64,000 bases of DNA, from positions 1 to 64,000 of IMG/VR virus record IMGVR_UViG_3300037486_000510. One strand, 5' to 3'. The notes beneath the pieces are model-generated. The model saw only the letters and a program-made list of their open reading frames with translations. It was not told the DNA's origin and did not search any database. Below are positions 25,889 through 36,412 of the stretch, in pieces (position 1 is the first letter of the stretch; each line of letters opens with the position of its first letter). Both the position numbers and the translations under genes were made by a program. The stretch is from a virus (Duplodnaviria > Caudoviricetes).

Positions 25889-27571
25889 TTATTCTGCTAA
25901 ATAAAAACAATCGTCACAATCATTTACTTGATTAACCCCTACGAGTTTAGATCTTGCTCCGTCTAAAGATTTAACTTCGCATGATCCTAATCTATCAGAT
26001 GTCCATGTTCTTTTATCGCAATTAACTGTAAAGCTTCCAGTACCTGTTCTTGGACTCGAAATAGATCCACCATTAGAAATTAAAACCCATGAATCTGAAG
26101 GTATTACATACCATCTGTGTCCGGTTGGAGCAGTTACAGTAATTGTTCGGTATGGATATGCAGGCGAACAAAGTGTATTTAACGGATTTGTGCATACTTG
26201 TGTATGATCAATAGTTATAGTTGGTGCTACATATGCTTGCTGATTAACTGTGACAGTTACTGGCTGAGCTTGTGAAGTTATAGTAATGGTTCCTGATCGT
26301 GCGCCACCTGTATTTGCAGCAACACCTACACTAAATTGTGTAGCAGATATTACAGTAACAGGCGTAATCCATCCGCTATTTACAGTAAGATTCCATCCAG
26401 TGGCAGAGTCAGTCGTTACAGTTACTAAATTAGAACCGTAAATCGTTCCATCCGCTGAAGCGTCCAATGTTAAAGGACTGGCAGATGTTGTAGGCAATGA
26501 TCCAACAGTAGTCGAATTTATTGCAGAAGTTCTCTGCCAGCCATCGGCTACTATATTCATATGATAATAATAAATATCATTTTCTAATAAACCCCTAATT
26601 GTAGCAGTGCCAGTTGTACTAACATCATAAAATATTAATGGATCAAAAGATTCTAGAGTGTCTTTGTAAACATACAAATTTCCTACTGCGGCCGTTGATG
26701 CAGGCGTAAAATCATTTAAATTCCATGAAATTTCAAATGAAGATACATCACCATCAGATACATAAAATGATATGGGGGTTTGCGTAAATATTTCGAAGCC
26801 GTTATATAAAGAATTATTTCCAATTTCTGTATTAGTAAGTATTTCTCCTTCTGTAGTATCTATGCGTATTGGTGTAGAATTCTTTTTTAAAGTTGAAATA
26901 TCAAATGTTAATGATGTATTTCGTATTGAAGTATCATTTCCAATTCTAAAAGTATTGCTATTTATATTTCTAACTATTGAAAACGCTTTATGATCATCAA
27001 TATATCTATATTGTCCCGAAGAATAAACAGTAAATGGATTATAGATCGTATTCATCGGTATATTAGAATATTCTACTCTTGCAAAATTTTTGGGTTTAAT
27101 TCCATAAATTTTTGAGGGATAATCTAAATGTCCAGATCTTTGTAAATTATATACATTATCAATAATGTAGTTAGTTGCGCTTGGATCAGATATATCAAAA
27201 ATATTACGATATCTATCAAATACGCCATCGCCTGCATCAGCAGATGTATCTTGAAAATATGTTACAGTAGTAAATCTTGGAAATGGAGGATCAGTATACG
27301 ATCCTTCTGATGCATCAGTAATTATAGTTATATGTCCTTCATTATCAACAATACTTTCATAATTAATATATCTTCTTCTACCCGGAAGAGGAGTTCCAAT
27401 TAGATCAGTAGAAAATAAAGATTCGTTAGATTGAATTTTATTTGTGATAATAGCTATATCTGCTTCTAAATCATAATCAGTATAGTGCAATCCCATTGCG
27501 TGTATGCCAATAGATCCATCTGCTCCTTTTGCGCCATATCCAATTAAACCCGGAAAATATTGAAAATTCAT
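25889..27571 (-). CDS. Virion protein with two BACON-like domains
   Basis: SGWIT...FSVGVAANTGGARSGTITIT and SDSWV...RLGSCEV segments. Confidence 0.55.
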   Translation of the reverse strand: MNFQYFPGLIGYGAKGADGSIGIHAMGLHYTDYDLEADIAIITNKIQSNESLFSTDLIGTPLPGRRRYINYESIVDNEGHITIITDASEGSYTDPPFPRFTTVTYFQDTSADAGDGVFDRYRNIFDISDPSATNYIIDNVYNLQRSGHLDYPSKIYGIKPKNFARVEYSNIPMNTIYNPFTVYSSGQYRYIDDHKAFSIVRNINSNTFRIGNDTSIRNTSLTFDISTLKKNSTPIRIDTTEGEILTNTEIGNNSLYNGFEIFTQTPISFYVSDGDVSSFEISWNLNDFTPASTAAVGNLYVYKDTLESFDPLIFYDVSTTGTATIRGLLENDIYYYHMNIVADGWQRTSAINSTTVGSLPTTSASPLTLDASADGTIYGSNLVTVTTDSATGWNLTVNSGWITPVTVISATQFSVGVAANTGGARSGTITITSQAQPVTVTVNQQAYVAPTITIDHTQVCTNPLNTLCSPAYPYRTITVTAPTGHRWYVIPSDSWVLISNGGSISSPRTGTGSFTVNCDKRTWTSDRLGSCEVKSLDGARSKLVGVNQVNDCDDCFYLAE

Positions 27572-27579
27572 GTAACTAC

Positions 27580-27593
27580 TTTATTTATATATT
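27580..27593 (-). promoter_or_regulatory. Late-promoter-like motif AATATATAAATAAA
   Basis: Contains TATAAATA; 8 nt before the 27571 start. Confidence 0.6.
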
Positions 27594-27594
27594 T

Positions 27595-30500
27595 TTATTT
27601 TTCATATAGAGTAATTTTTATAAAATATGAATAATTTCCTGTTTTAGGAATTATTATTTTATAATAATATTCTCCGTTTATTTGTACAGGTTGTCCATTA
27701 AAATTCTGTTTTTCATCAAGTATAAAATCAGAATTATGTGTATAAGCTATCTTGTTCAATGGCACTGATCTTCTTCCTGAAGATGATGTCGTATAGTAAA
27801 AATCTAATTTTATTTTAGGCGCATTAATACCATAATAAGGCAAGACCGTATTTTTAATGTAGTCATTAATTATATTGTCAGCACTAGTTAATCCTGACCA
27901 GTTGCTTAAAAAAGTTAAACTAGAAGTAAATGTGTTTAAAATAGCTTTAGTTAAATTATAATATGCAGTTATTTCTGATGTAGTTTCACTATATCTCAAT
28001 GTAGTTGTATCCCATTTATCAAATACTAGAAAATCAGGAAATTTAGGTAATTTTGATCCAAAAAAAGAAGGTAATTCTACCGGACATTCATATCCATCTG
28101 TTGGCACACCATCTTTAATATAATAATCCCCATCCCATTGTGATTTAAATACGTTAAAATCTTTAATATAAGAAATCGCATTATCTGCGTCAAGATCTGC
28201 TTGAGAAATGTTTGACACTAATTTATTATACCATAATTGACTAATACTGTTATAATTTATTAAATTTGTATTACTCAAGATAAAATCTTGATCAACTATG
28301 TCTATGAATTCTTTTTCTTCATCCGCTTTAAATTCAAATATATTATTAAACTTAGGTTGATACCAACCATTATATGTAGATATATTATTGAACGATTTTG
28401 GAGAATTAACTGTGATAGTCATTAAATTTGCACTTCCAAAATCATAACTAGAATAAATATCATCGTCACGTATAATATAAAACATTACGTTATTATACAT
28501 AACATTATCATAATTGGGAGTTAATAAGTATTTTAAAGTTTCTATGTTGGTTGTGTTACTTATATATAAATTTTCATTAGAATTGTATTTATATCCATAA
28601 TTTATTGAATATTTACTAAATGTATTGCTATTAGGAAAATAACTATATAATGGAGCTTGTGTAAACGTATTATATGTTAACGGCGAATAGAAAAAGTTAT
28701 CAACAATTATATTTGCTCCAAATGCATTATAAATAGAACTAATTCCATTTATGTTTTTATTATATTGCGCGTAAGGTCGTGCAACACTTGAATCGTAGCC
28801 ATAATCTTTTCCGTATATATTTATTAAAAGTTTTGCAAGAGTAGAATTATTAACTATAAATGGTGTTTTTACAAATGAATAATAAGATTGTGAAGGATCT
28901 GCAGATGTTACAAATGCAGAATTTGTAGAATCTAATAAAGATTTGCCAGGTAGATATGAAGAATATCTTGCAGTGTAATTTAATTCATCGTTTCCTTGGT
29001 ACCAAATCATCAAGATTGTTCTTGTATTTTCATTTATAATTACTTCAATTGGATGTTTAGATGTTTTGTTTTTAGAAGGAGTAGAAATAAATGAAAATCT
29101 AAATCGATTATAGTTTTTTAGGTCTATTAGTTGTTTCGCTATGTACTCAAGAGATAATGATAATTTTAATCCCGTAATAGTAACATCTAGAGAATCTTTA
29201 TAATTATTGTAATAAGATATTGAAGAACGCGTTATTGCAGCATCAACATTATAATTTGAATAAATTAATTTTGAAAAATAATCAACATAAGGATACGCAA
29301 ACATAGCATCTTTAAATGATAAATTATTAGATGAATCTACTATATCGTTTATATCATAAAAAATATAATTTTCCCATGCTCTTGTTCCAGGAGTTAAATA
29401 TTTAAATACTGGATAACTAATTTCTTGAGAAAATTGTGATGCGTCAGGTATAAAATTCGATGTCATTCCCGTCTGAAATGATGATCCATTTAATTTAAGC
29501 AATAATGGATTATTTCTACAATCTGTACCTAATCCAACCCACTTTGAAACAGTTGGAACTGTTAATCCATATTTTAATAAGGCGCTTGAATCATAATACG
29601 AACCAATATTTTCTACGTTTGCGTCTGAATATCCAGTGTATGCAAATGATGTGTCTAATACTGCATAAGTTATTATAGTATCTGTGTTAGTCTCAAAATC
29701 TATACTTGAATCAAATGTATTAAAAAGTGTAGAAACATCGTATGTATTAGGAGTTCCATCTTTAGTAAAAATTCCTGTCCCTGATTTAATAATATAAGAA
29801 CCTTGAATATCTAATGTATAATTTGAACATGCATCTAGTGAAATTTGATATGTATCAACATCATCTTCTCTATTATATGAATATTCGCTTTGATAATTTA
29901 AATGTGTTGAATCATAAACTGCATTATCTATATCTTTTACGGGATTTATTCCTAATAATGAAATATTAAGAGGAGATATGCTATAAGCGTTAAATTTATT
30001 TACTACAGTGTTAATATCTTCTGCAGTCATTATTAACATTTTATCACCATTTTGAATAGGTTCTTTAACATATAAATAACTATTATTAGACACATCTAAA
30101 TATAATATTTTTTTGTACCAAAGATCTTTTCCTTGATATAGAGTTGGTGTTTCAAATTTATCAAGTATATTTTGCAATGAATCAAAATAATAAAAATTAT
30201 TATTTCCTCGATTGATAAAATTTAACATTATACTTTGACGATTTCCAAAAAATTCAAAATCTATTGGTCCAAATGATGCATCATAAGCAATAGTTTCAAA
30301 ATCAGTTAAAGACGGAGTAAATCTTCCAAAAAAGGCTATATCTGACGCTCTTGCACTATTATTAAAATTAGAAGATGAATCGTTAATATTATTTAATGTA
30401 GTAGCCATTATTCTTTGAAACATCCATTCTTCTGTTGGATCAGCATCGTCAGTAAGAATAATAGATGCCCAATTGCTTCCGCTATTTCCTGATTTAAAAC

Positions 30501-32322
30501 ATGTTCCATCATATTCTAAAAATCTATTAAACGCCTTTTCTATTTCTTGAACTTGATATGTTATATCGCCGTTTATATCAAAATATGTATGGTATATTGT
30601 AGGATAAATTCCGCTAGCATCTTCAGAAATTGAACAATAAACATTGCAATCATAGTCAGACGCATTTGTGGAATATGCTTCCCAAATTTTATTTTGAGTT
30701 TTGTTTACAACTCTTAAATGTTCTCCTTGTTCAAGTACATTGTTAAGAGTCAATGTAATAAATGAATTTATGCTATTATCTTTTACAACATCTACACTAA
30801 AAATATTTTTGTATGGTTTACTTACATATGAGTTAAATGTGGCGCCATTAATTTGATTTACGTTAATAATTCTTTGAAGTTGAATTTGGTCATTCAATAC
30901 AAATATTCTATTTTTATATGAAGACATAATAGTTCCCCAACTTGAGTCAAATACTGAAGAATGCATAAATACACTACTATCTTTTCCATCAAGCGATATA
31001 ATTTCAATATTTCCGCCCGATGTATCTGAGTAATATGCTATATTGTATAAAATATTTTCAGTTAAATACAAACCAAAATATCTACTCATTGTGTAAAGAC
31101 TTGCGTCACTATCACTAAATACATATTCTATGTTTATTAAATTGGGACATAATAAATTTTGTCTAGAAAATCCATCTGATATAAACGCGTTTATATCAGT
31201 AAAGTTATCTGTTTTTTGATTAAAGAAATATGGATCTTCTGATCTTCCTGTTAAAATTCCTCTATCTACGGCAATACCATACCATGTATTTGGGTCTGTT
31301 TCGGATAAATTGATGCTAGGATCAATTGGATTTGTTAAAGATAAAAATACAGGTGCTTGAATTTTAACAACATCTGCTAAATGTGTTGTTAAATATTTTC
31401 CAAGATTTGATTCTGGTTTTAAACTCCAACTTTTAATTATATTACTATTTTGTAAATATTGAGATGCTAAAGTATTAAGAGATGGATTGTAAAGATATGT
31501 ATCTGCATTATATACTCCGTTTAATTTAAATATCGCAAAATAATCAGGTAATTTAGAATTTATCCATAACGGCGCTAATAATCCATTATCTTGATCATAT
31601 AATTCATCAAATAATATTCTTGCGCCATAATTATATGTGGTAATATACTGATCTTTATAATCTAATTTAGGAAGATCTATTACAAGAGTTTTATCATTAT
31701 CAATAGAATATAATGCTCCAGTATTTATTAATGTTGAAAAATTATTTCTTATATCGCTAGATAATACGCTATTCGCAGATATTACTTTTTTACGATAAGT
31801 TTTATTTGATAAGAGTTCTGATACTTTAAAGGTATCTAAAAATAAATTATTGCTAGTATCTACAACTAATTTAACATTTCCTGTAAATTTGGGATTAGTT
31901 CTTAATAACAAATAAGATGCTTCGCCATCAACCAAAACATTTTCACTATTATATGTACTAACAATTCCTTCTCTGAGTGTATATACTTTATTAAATATTG
32001 AAACATCTACTGTATCTGCTACATTGCCAGCAGACACATCATCTTCTGAACTATAAAAATTAAAGGTGAGATTTGTACTAAAATTGTAATTAATATCTGT
32101 AAAAATATGAAAAGATGCTATATTATTAGTTGCATCTAAATATATTGCGTAATACGCACTATTTTGTACGTAATTGTTTATGTCTAATCCATTAACATAC
32201 AATATATTATCTCCTATACTAGCATCAGGTATTACCAGATAATCTGTCGCGTCATAGGTGAAGTTTAAAAATGCTTCAGGATTTTTTGTAGTTAATATAG
32301 CTGTATCGTTGAATTGTTTCAT
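27595..32322 (-). CDS. Large putative virion structural protein
   Basis: 1575 aa, Asn/Ser/Tyr-rich, within the structural block. Confidence 0.55.
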   Translation of the reverse strand: MKQFNDTAILTTKNPEAFLNFTYDATDYLVIPDASIGDNILYVNGLDINNYVQNSAYYAIYLDATNNIASFHIFTDINYNFSTNLTFNFYSSEDDVSAGNVADTVDVSIFNKVYTLREGIVSTYNSENVLVDGEASYLLLRTNPKFTGNVKLVVDTSNNLFLDTFKVSELLSNKTYRKKVISANSVLSSDIRNNFSTLINTGALYSIDNDKTLVIDLPKLDYKDQYITTYNYGARILFDELYDQDNGLLAPLWINSKLPDYFAIFKLNGVYNADTYLYNPSLNTLASQYLQNSNIIKSWSLKPESNLGKYLTTHLADVVKIQAPVFLSLTNPIDPSINLSETDPNTWYGIAVDRGILTGRSEDPYFFNQKTDNFTDINAFISDGFSRQNLLCPNLINIEYVFSDSDASLYTMSRYFGLYLTENILYNIAYYSDTSGGNIEIISLDGKDSSVFMHSSVFDSSWGTIMSSYKNRIFVLNDQIQLQRIINVNQINGATFNSYVSKPYKNIFSVDVVKDNSINSFITLTLNNVLEQGEHLRVVNKTQNKIWEAYSTNASDYDCNVYCSISEDASGIYPTIYHTYFDINGDITYQVQEIEKAFNRFLEYDGTCFKSGNSGSNWASIILTDDADPTEEWMFQRIMATTLNNINDSSSNFNNSARASDIAFFGRFTPSLTDFETIAYDASFGPIDFEFFGNRQSIMLNFINRGNNNFYYFDSLQNILDKFETPTLYQGKDLWYKKILYLDVSNNSYLYVKEPIQNGDKMLIMTAEDINTVVNKFNAYSISPLNISLLGINPVKDIDNAVYDSTHLNYQSEYSYNREDDVDTYQISLDACSNYTLDIQGSYIIKSGTGIFTKDGTPNTYDVSTLFNTFDSSIDFETNTDTIITYAVLDTSFAYTGYSDANVENIGSYYDSSALLKYGLTVPTVSKWVGLGTDCRNNPLLLKLNGSSFQTGMTSNFIPDASQFSQEISYPVFKYLTPGTRAWENYIFYDINDIVDSSNNLSFKDAMFAYPYVDYFSKLIYSNYNVDAAITRSSISYYNNYKDSLDVTITGLKLSLSLEYIAKQLIDLKNYNRFRFSFISTPSKNKTSKHPIEVIINENTRTILMIWYQGNDELNYTARYSSYLPGKSLLDSTNSAFVTSADPSQSYYSFVKTPFIVNNSTLAKLLINIYGKDYGYDSSVARPYAQYNKNINGISSIYNAFGANIIVDNFFYSPLTYNTFTQAPLYSYFPNSNTFSKYSINYGYKYNSNENLYISNTTNIETLKYLLTPNYDNVMYNNVMFYIIRDDDIYSSYDFGSANLMTITVNSPKSFNNISTYNGWYQPKFNNIFEFKADEEKEFIDIVDQDFILSNTNLINYNSISQLWYNKLVSNISQADLDADNAISYIKDFNVFKSQWDGDYYIKDGVPTDGYECPVELPSFFGSKLPKFPDFLVFDKWDTTTLRYSETTSEITAYYNLTKAILNTFTSSLTFLSNWSGLTSADNIINDYIKNTVLPYYGINAPKIKLDFYYTTSSSGRRSVPLNKIAYTHNSDFILDEKQNFNGQPVQINGEYYYKIIIPKTGNYSYFIKITLYEK

Positions 32323-32331
32323 ATTTTATTT

Positions 32332-34629
32332 TTAATATGGAAGTAAATTTTCTAAATTAGTATAAATTGATGGCTCACGATTAACAATTGCCTGAAAAAA
32401 TTGTTGCATAGAGCAAGTTAAATTTTCAAGTTCTGCATTTGATCCACCGGGTCTCGATAATGTAACATAAACTTTATTCGGGATATCTACTATTGTACTT
32501 TGTAAATCGGCGGTACTTTCTGAAATAGTTAATCCTCTTGGTGATCTAATTGGCAAATCAACAGCCAAATATCCTGCTTGATGTTTGTAATATGTTCCAG
32601 TTCCAGAAGTTGGATTAGGAACACTATCATCCACATGTACATTTACTCCTGCAGCATCTAAGGTTTCATTTAATTTAACGCTCTGTTCTTCAATTTGAGC
32701 ATCTTCTAAGATATTTACAATTTGATTAGTATTTTCAAGATTGGCTGGAAAATCAATAATAACGGGTTGAGACCAATCTGATTTCAACGGATTGGTTGGC
32801 CAACCAGCTTCTGATATAGATCGTACTTTAAGTTGAACTTTTTCTCCTTTTTGTATTGGGATGTCAACCTGATTTATATTTACAACTTCACCATCTGCTA
32901 TATTTTCTATAGCCCATGTATAATTACCCGTTGTTTCATTAAATATCTTTTGTTTTACTGCTGAAGCAACTATTATCCAATCAGTAAAAACTCCTTTTGT
33001 AGTTTGTCCTGTACTAGGATCTATAAATTCAAATGTATTTAATGCGTTTCCAGTATTATCTAATTTTAAATAACGATAAGCTTGTTCAAACTGAATAATT
33101 TCTTGAGGCGGATTTCCTTTAAGATTAGGAATTGGAAAAAACCCTCTTGCGCGATATTTGGGATCAGTAGTAACAGCTGAATTTTCGTATGCAATTGTAG
33201 TAAGATTTTTAACTAAAGTCTGATATTGACTTGTTTTAATTCTAAGACTTATTGTATCTGTTTTTATTTTGCTAGATAAATATGATCTATCAGCCGGATC
33301 AGTTAATTCTACTAATTCAGCCTTTCTTTGTGCAATTGTATTATTTAAACTATCAATTTCAGATTTAAGTTTTTCAATTTCTATTCTTTGATTTTTAATA
33401 GCATCTGTGTCTAGTGTAGCATTTAATTGAGTATTTATCTGTACAACATTAAAATTTGCACTTGATAAAGTTGGCGCGTTTGGAACTAATCCATAATACG
33501 CTGGAATAAATTTTTCTCTTACTTGTCCTTCTAATTGTTTTCCAAAATCAGATACATACGCGTTATAGTAGTCAGTTAAAGTTTGCGAGCCTCCATCTAA
33601 TATTAAATTATTAGTATAAAATGTAATTCCATAACTCCAATCATCTGCGATAATATTAAAATCATCGTTTACTCCCTTTAAGAAAATAATATTGCATTCG
33701 TCATTCCCTATAGGAATATTTAATATTTTTGTTGAAAATGGTTCAGAATATATTTCAAATCTATTGTTAATTGTGGGTGATTCCATCCCCACATAAGGAA
33801 TTAATTGTACTCTATTTTCTGTTATGTGTATATCATTTATTTTCCATATAGAATTACCATAACGTAATAAATCTCCAATTGATAATTGATGATTTTTAAC
33901 AACAGGTTCATCTGAAGTAACGCCATAATTAATAGTATCTAATAAAAACCATTTTTTTCCAGAAACATTTTGTATATCTTGTATAACAAAGTAACCCGTG
34001 TATGGTTCTGCTGAAAGAGGAAGATTTACAGTTTCTTCATCTTCCCAATAATTTTTTTCTTGTTCAGAAAGATATGTTATAGTTTCATAATAGGTCCTTT
34101 CAGTTCCAACGATATTGGTTAAAAACCATTGAGTTTCAGTATCTGATTCATTGTCAAAGATAATTCTTTTAACTACAGCTCTATCTGATCTATCATCAAT
34201 TTTGTTTTTAAGTTCAAATGATACTATAAGTTGAGGAAACATCATTGATTCAAAAAACCAGTTACTTCTAGTTTTAAATTTAGATGGCGCTGGTACATTC
34301 ATTATTTTATCAGGCGAAATGGGAACAGGTATTGTACTCACTTTTCTATATGTTCCATCTTTTAATAATACAACGCCGTCTCCATTTACAAAGGCATCCA
34401 TTGTTTGTGTCAACCTATCGACTTTATTTATTACATAATTATATGATGGAATCGAATATGTTACAGTTGAAGCGTCACCTGTGATAAGATTAGTTTCTTC
34501 AACTGAAAAGCTAACAGTATCTTGTTGCGTAGTTACACTTTCATTAAGTTTAACCATTGCGTCTGTTGCAATGTTAACTTGATTTACAAGTAAATTTACT
34601 GTTTCTGTGAATGAATTTATGTTTGCCAT
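32332..34629 (-). CDS. Putative virion structural protein with coiled coil
   Basis: 765 aa; central heptad region IEKLKSEIDSLNNTIAQRKAEL. Confidence 0.5.
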   Translation of the reverse strand: MANINSFTETVNLLVNQVNIATDAMVKLNESVTTQQDTVSFSVEETNLITGDASTVTYSIPSYNYVINKVDRLTQTMDAFVNGDGVVLLKDGTYRKVSTIPVPISPDKIMNVPAPSKFKTRSNWFFESMMFPQLIVSFELKNKIDDRSDRAVVKRIIFDNESDTETQWFLTNIVGTERTYYETITYLSEQEKNYWEDEETVNLPLSAEPYTGYFVIQDIQNVSGKKWFLLDTINYGVTSDEPVVKNHQLSIGDLLRYGNSIWKINDIHITENRVQLIPYVGMESPTINNRFEIYSEPFSTKILNIPIGNDECNIIFLKGVNDDFNIIADDWSYGITFYTNNLILDGGSQTLTDYYNAYVSDFGKQLEGQVREKFIPAYYGLVPNAPTLSSANFNVVQINTQLNATLDTDAIKNQRIEIEKLKSEIDSLNNTIAQRKAELVELTDPADRSYLSSKIKTDTISLRIKTSQYQTLVKNLTTIAYENSAVTTDPKYRARGFFPIPNLKGNPPQEIIQFEQAYRYLKLDNTGNALNTFEFIDPSTGQTTKGVFTDWIIVASAVKQKIFNETTGNYTWAIENIADGEVVNINQVDIPIQKGEKVQLKVRSISEAGWPTNPLKSDWSQPVIIDFPANLENTNQIVNILEDAQIEEQSVKLNETLDAAGVNVHVDDSVPNPTSGTGTYYKHQAGYLAVDLPIRSPRGLTISESTADLQSTIVDIPNKVYVTLSRPGGSNAELENLTCSMQQFFQAIVNREPSIYTNLENLLPY

Positions 34630-34649
34630 TATATTATTATTTTTTTATA

Positions 34650-36368
34650 TTATAGTATACTTCCATTGGATGTAAAAGTGAACATTACGCTAGTATCATA
34701 TAATAATCTTAACATTGTTCCACTTGTATCAAATGTCCAATTTCCTAATTTTAATTTAGGCGCATTGTAACTTAAAATTATATTATTGCTAGTATCTACT
34801 ATTGAATTTTCAAGTATAAGATCTTTAACTTTTACGCTGACATCCATTTGAACAAGATACGTGGGTCTGCTATTAAAGAAACCTATTTTTCCGTTATACA
34901 TATAAATAGATGAATCTACGATAGGATCTGCGCCATCTGCAAACATAGGAATTGCATTTTCTGTACCAGTAATATCTCGAGTTATGTCATTTATTTGATA
35001 TTGAAGTTCATCAACATGATTTAACATGTCAGTATAATTTGATGTTAAATCTAAATATTGCTGCGTAATATAATTAATTGTTCCTGTATGTCTATTTAAA
35101 ATAGCAAGGTTTTTAGATAATCCATCAAATACTTCTGTAAAATCTCCAAGTTGTTCTTGCACTGATGTTGATTCGTCCATTATTGTAGCTTCTGTATCAT
35201 CTAACATATAATCAGACTTAATATTCAGCCTAAATGAATATGATGTGCCAAATCCGTCAGTAGTACTTTGTAATTTACTAATTGATGGTATTATAATTTG
35301 ATTAAGAGGAAAATCTTGAGTATTTCCTGCTGCATAATCTAAGAATAATATACCTAATAAATTAGTTGCTAAAATTTCGTCTAATGCTTTATTATAAACT
35401 GAATAATAAAGAAGTATTGCATTAAAATCATAATTATCATTTAATACATATTTTGGCTCAACTGCTAAACTATCAAATGTTAATGCAGCGTCTCCTAAAA
35501 TAGTTTTTAAATTGTCAAGATCAAATTCAATAGACATACAGTCTACTCTTGAACGTCTAAGAGGATATGTAATAGATATATCTTCATAATAGGGACCAGA
35601 TGGAATATATGCAGAATCATCTGTAATATAGTAATTTGGAGAAACATAATCATAAAAGGCTCTAATATCTAAACCATCTGGATGAGCCTGTGTATAGCTT
35701 TCTCTTCCTAAAATATTTGTATTTCCATTCATAAGAAGAGGAATTGCCATTAAATGATGATAATTATCATCTTCTACTTGTTTAAAATAAACTGGAGTTT
35801 GTCCAAAGGATGTAGGAACTAATACATATGTTTCATTATATGTTCCAAATGTATCTGTACGTACAGAACCTGCGCTAATTTGTCCAATGCCTTTAACAAC
35901 TGAACTATATCCTACTGAATTATCCAGAAGATGCTCTTCTCTCCAGTATCCTCCTGCAGAAATATCGGGCGCCCAACGAATAGCTCCAGTTTCTTTTAAC
36001 CATTTCCAAAATACTCTTTCAGAAACAGTAGTATTTAAAGCAGGATTATAACTATCTAAAGCCAATAAATTAGTTTCAAGGTTAAGTGCATAATTTTGAA
36101 AACTTTCTGCAACAACACGTCTTCCATCTATAATATTAGCGCCTAAATATTGATATGCACCAGGAATTGCATAAACGTTAAATTTATTTATTTCTGCTGC
36201 AGAGGGTACGTCTATGGCTGGAATATTTAACAATGCGTAATGAGACATTTTAACAATATTGTTTCTCTCGTTTATGTTTAGCCCAATATCTTCTAGCGCA
36301 GAAGTAAACGTATATATCGTCCCACCTTGGGCTCGCATTCTTTTTACAAATGGTGTTATAGTTGCCAT
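34650..36368 (-). CDS. Putative virion structural protein
   Basis: 572 aa; C-terminal tail-fibre-like segment KIGFFNSRP. Confidence 0.5.
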   Translation of the reverse strand: MATITPFVKRMRAQGGTIYTFTSALEDIGLNINERNNIVKMSHYALLNIPAIDVPSAAEINKFNVYAIPGAYQYLGANIIDGRRVVAESFQNYALNLETNLLALDSYNPALNTTVSERVFWKWLKETGAIRWAPDISAGGYWREEHLLDNSVGYSSVVKGIGQISAGSVRTDTFGTYNETYVLVPTSFGQTPVYFKQVEDDNYHHLMAIPLLMNGNTNILGRESYTQAHPDGLDIRAFYDYVSPNYYITDDSAYIPSGPYYEDISITYPLRRSRVDCMSIEFDLDNLKTILGDAALTFDSLAVEPKYVLNDNYDFNAILLYYSVYNKALDEILATNLLGILFLDYAAGNTQDFPLNQIIIPSISKLQSTTDGFGTSYSFRLNIKSDYMLDDTEATIMDESTSVQEQLGDFTEVFDGLSKNLAILNRHTGTINYITQQYLDLTSNYTDMLNHVDELQYQINDITRDITGTENAIPMFADGADPIVDSSIYMYNGKIGFFNSRPTYLVQMDVSVKVKDLILENSIVDTSNNIILSYNAPKLKLGNWTFDTSGTMLRLLYDTSVMFTFTSNGSIL

Positions 36369-36379
36369 ATTATATTATT

Positions 36380-36394
36380 TTTATTTTATATATT
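36380..36394 (-). promoter_or_regulatory. Late-promoter-like motif AATATATAAAATAAA
   Basis: 11 nt before the 36368 start. Confidence 0.6.
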
Positions 36395-36412
36395 TAAATT
36401 AATTATTAAAGC

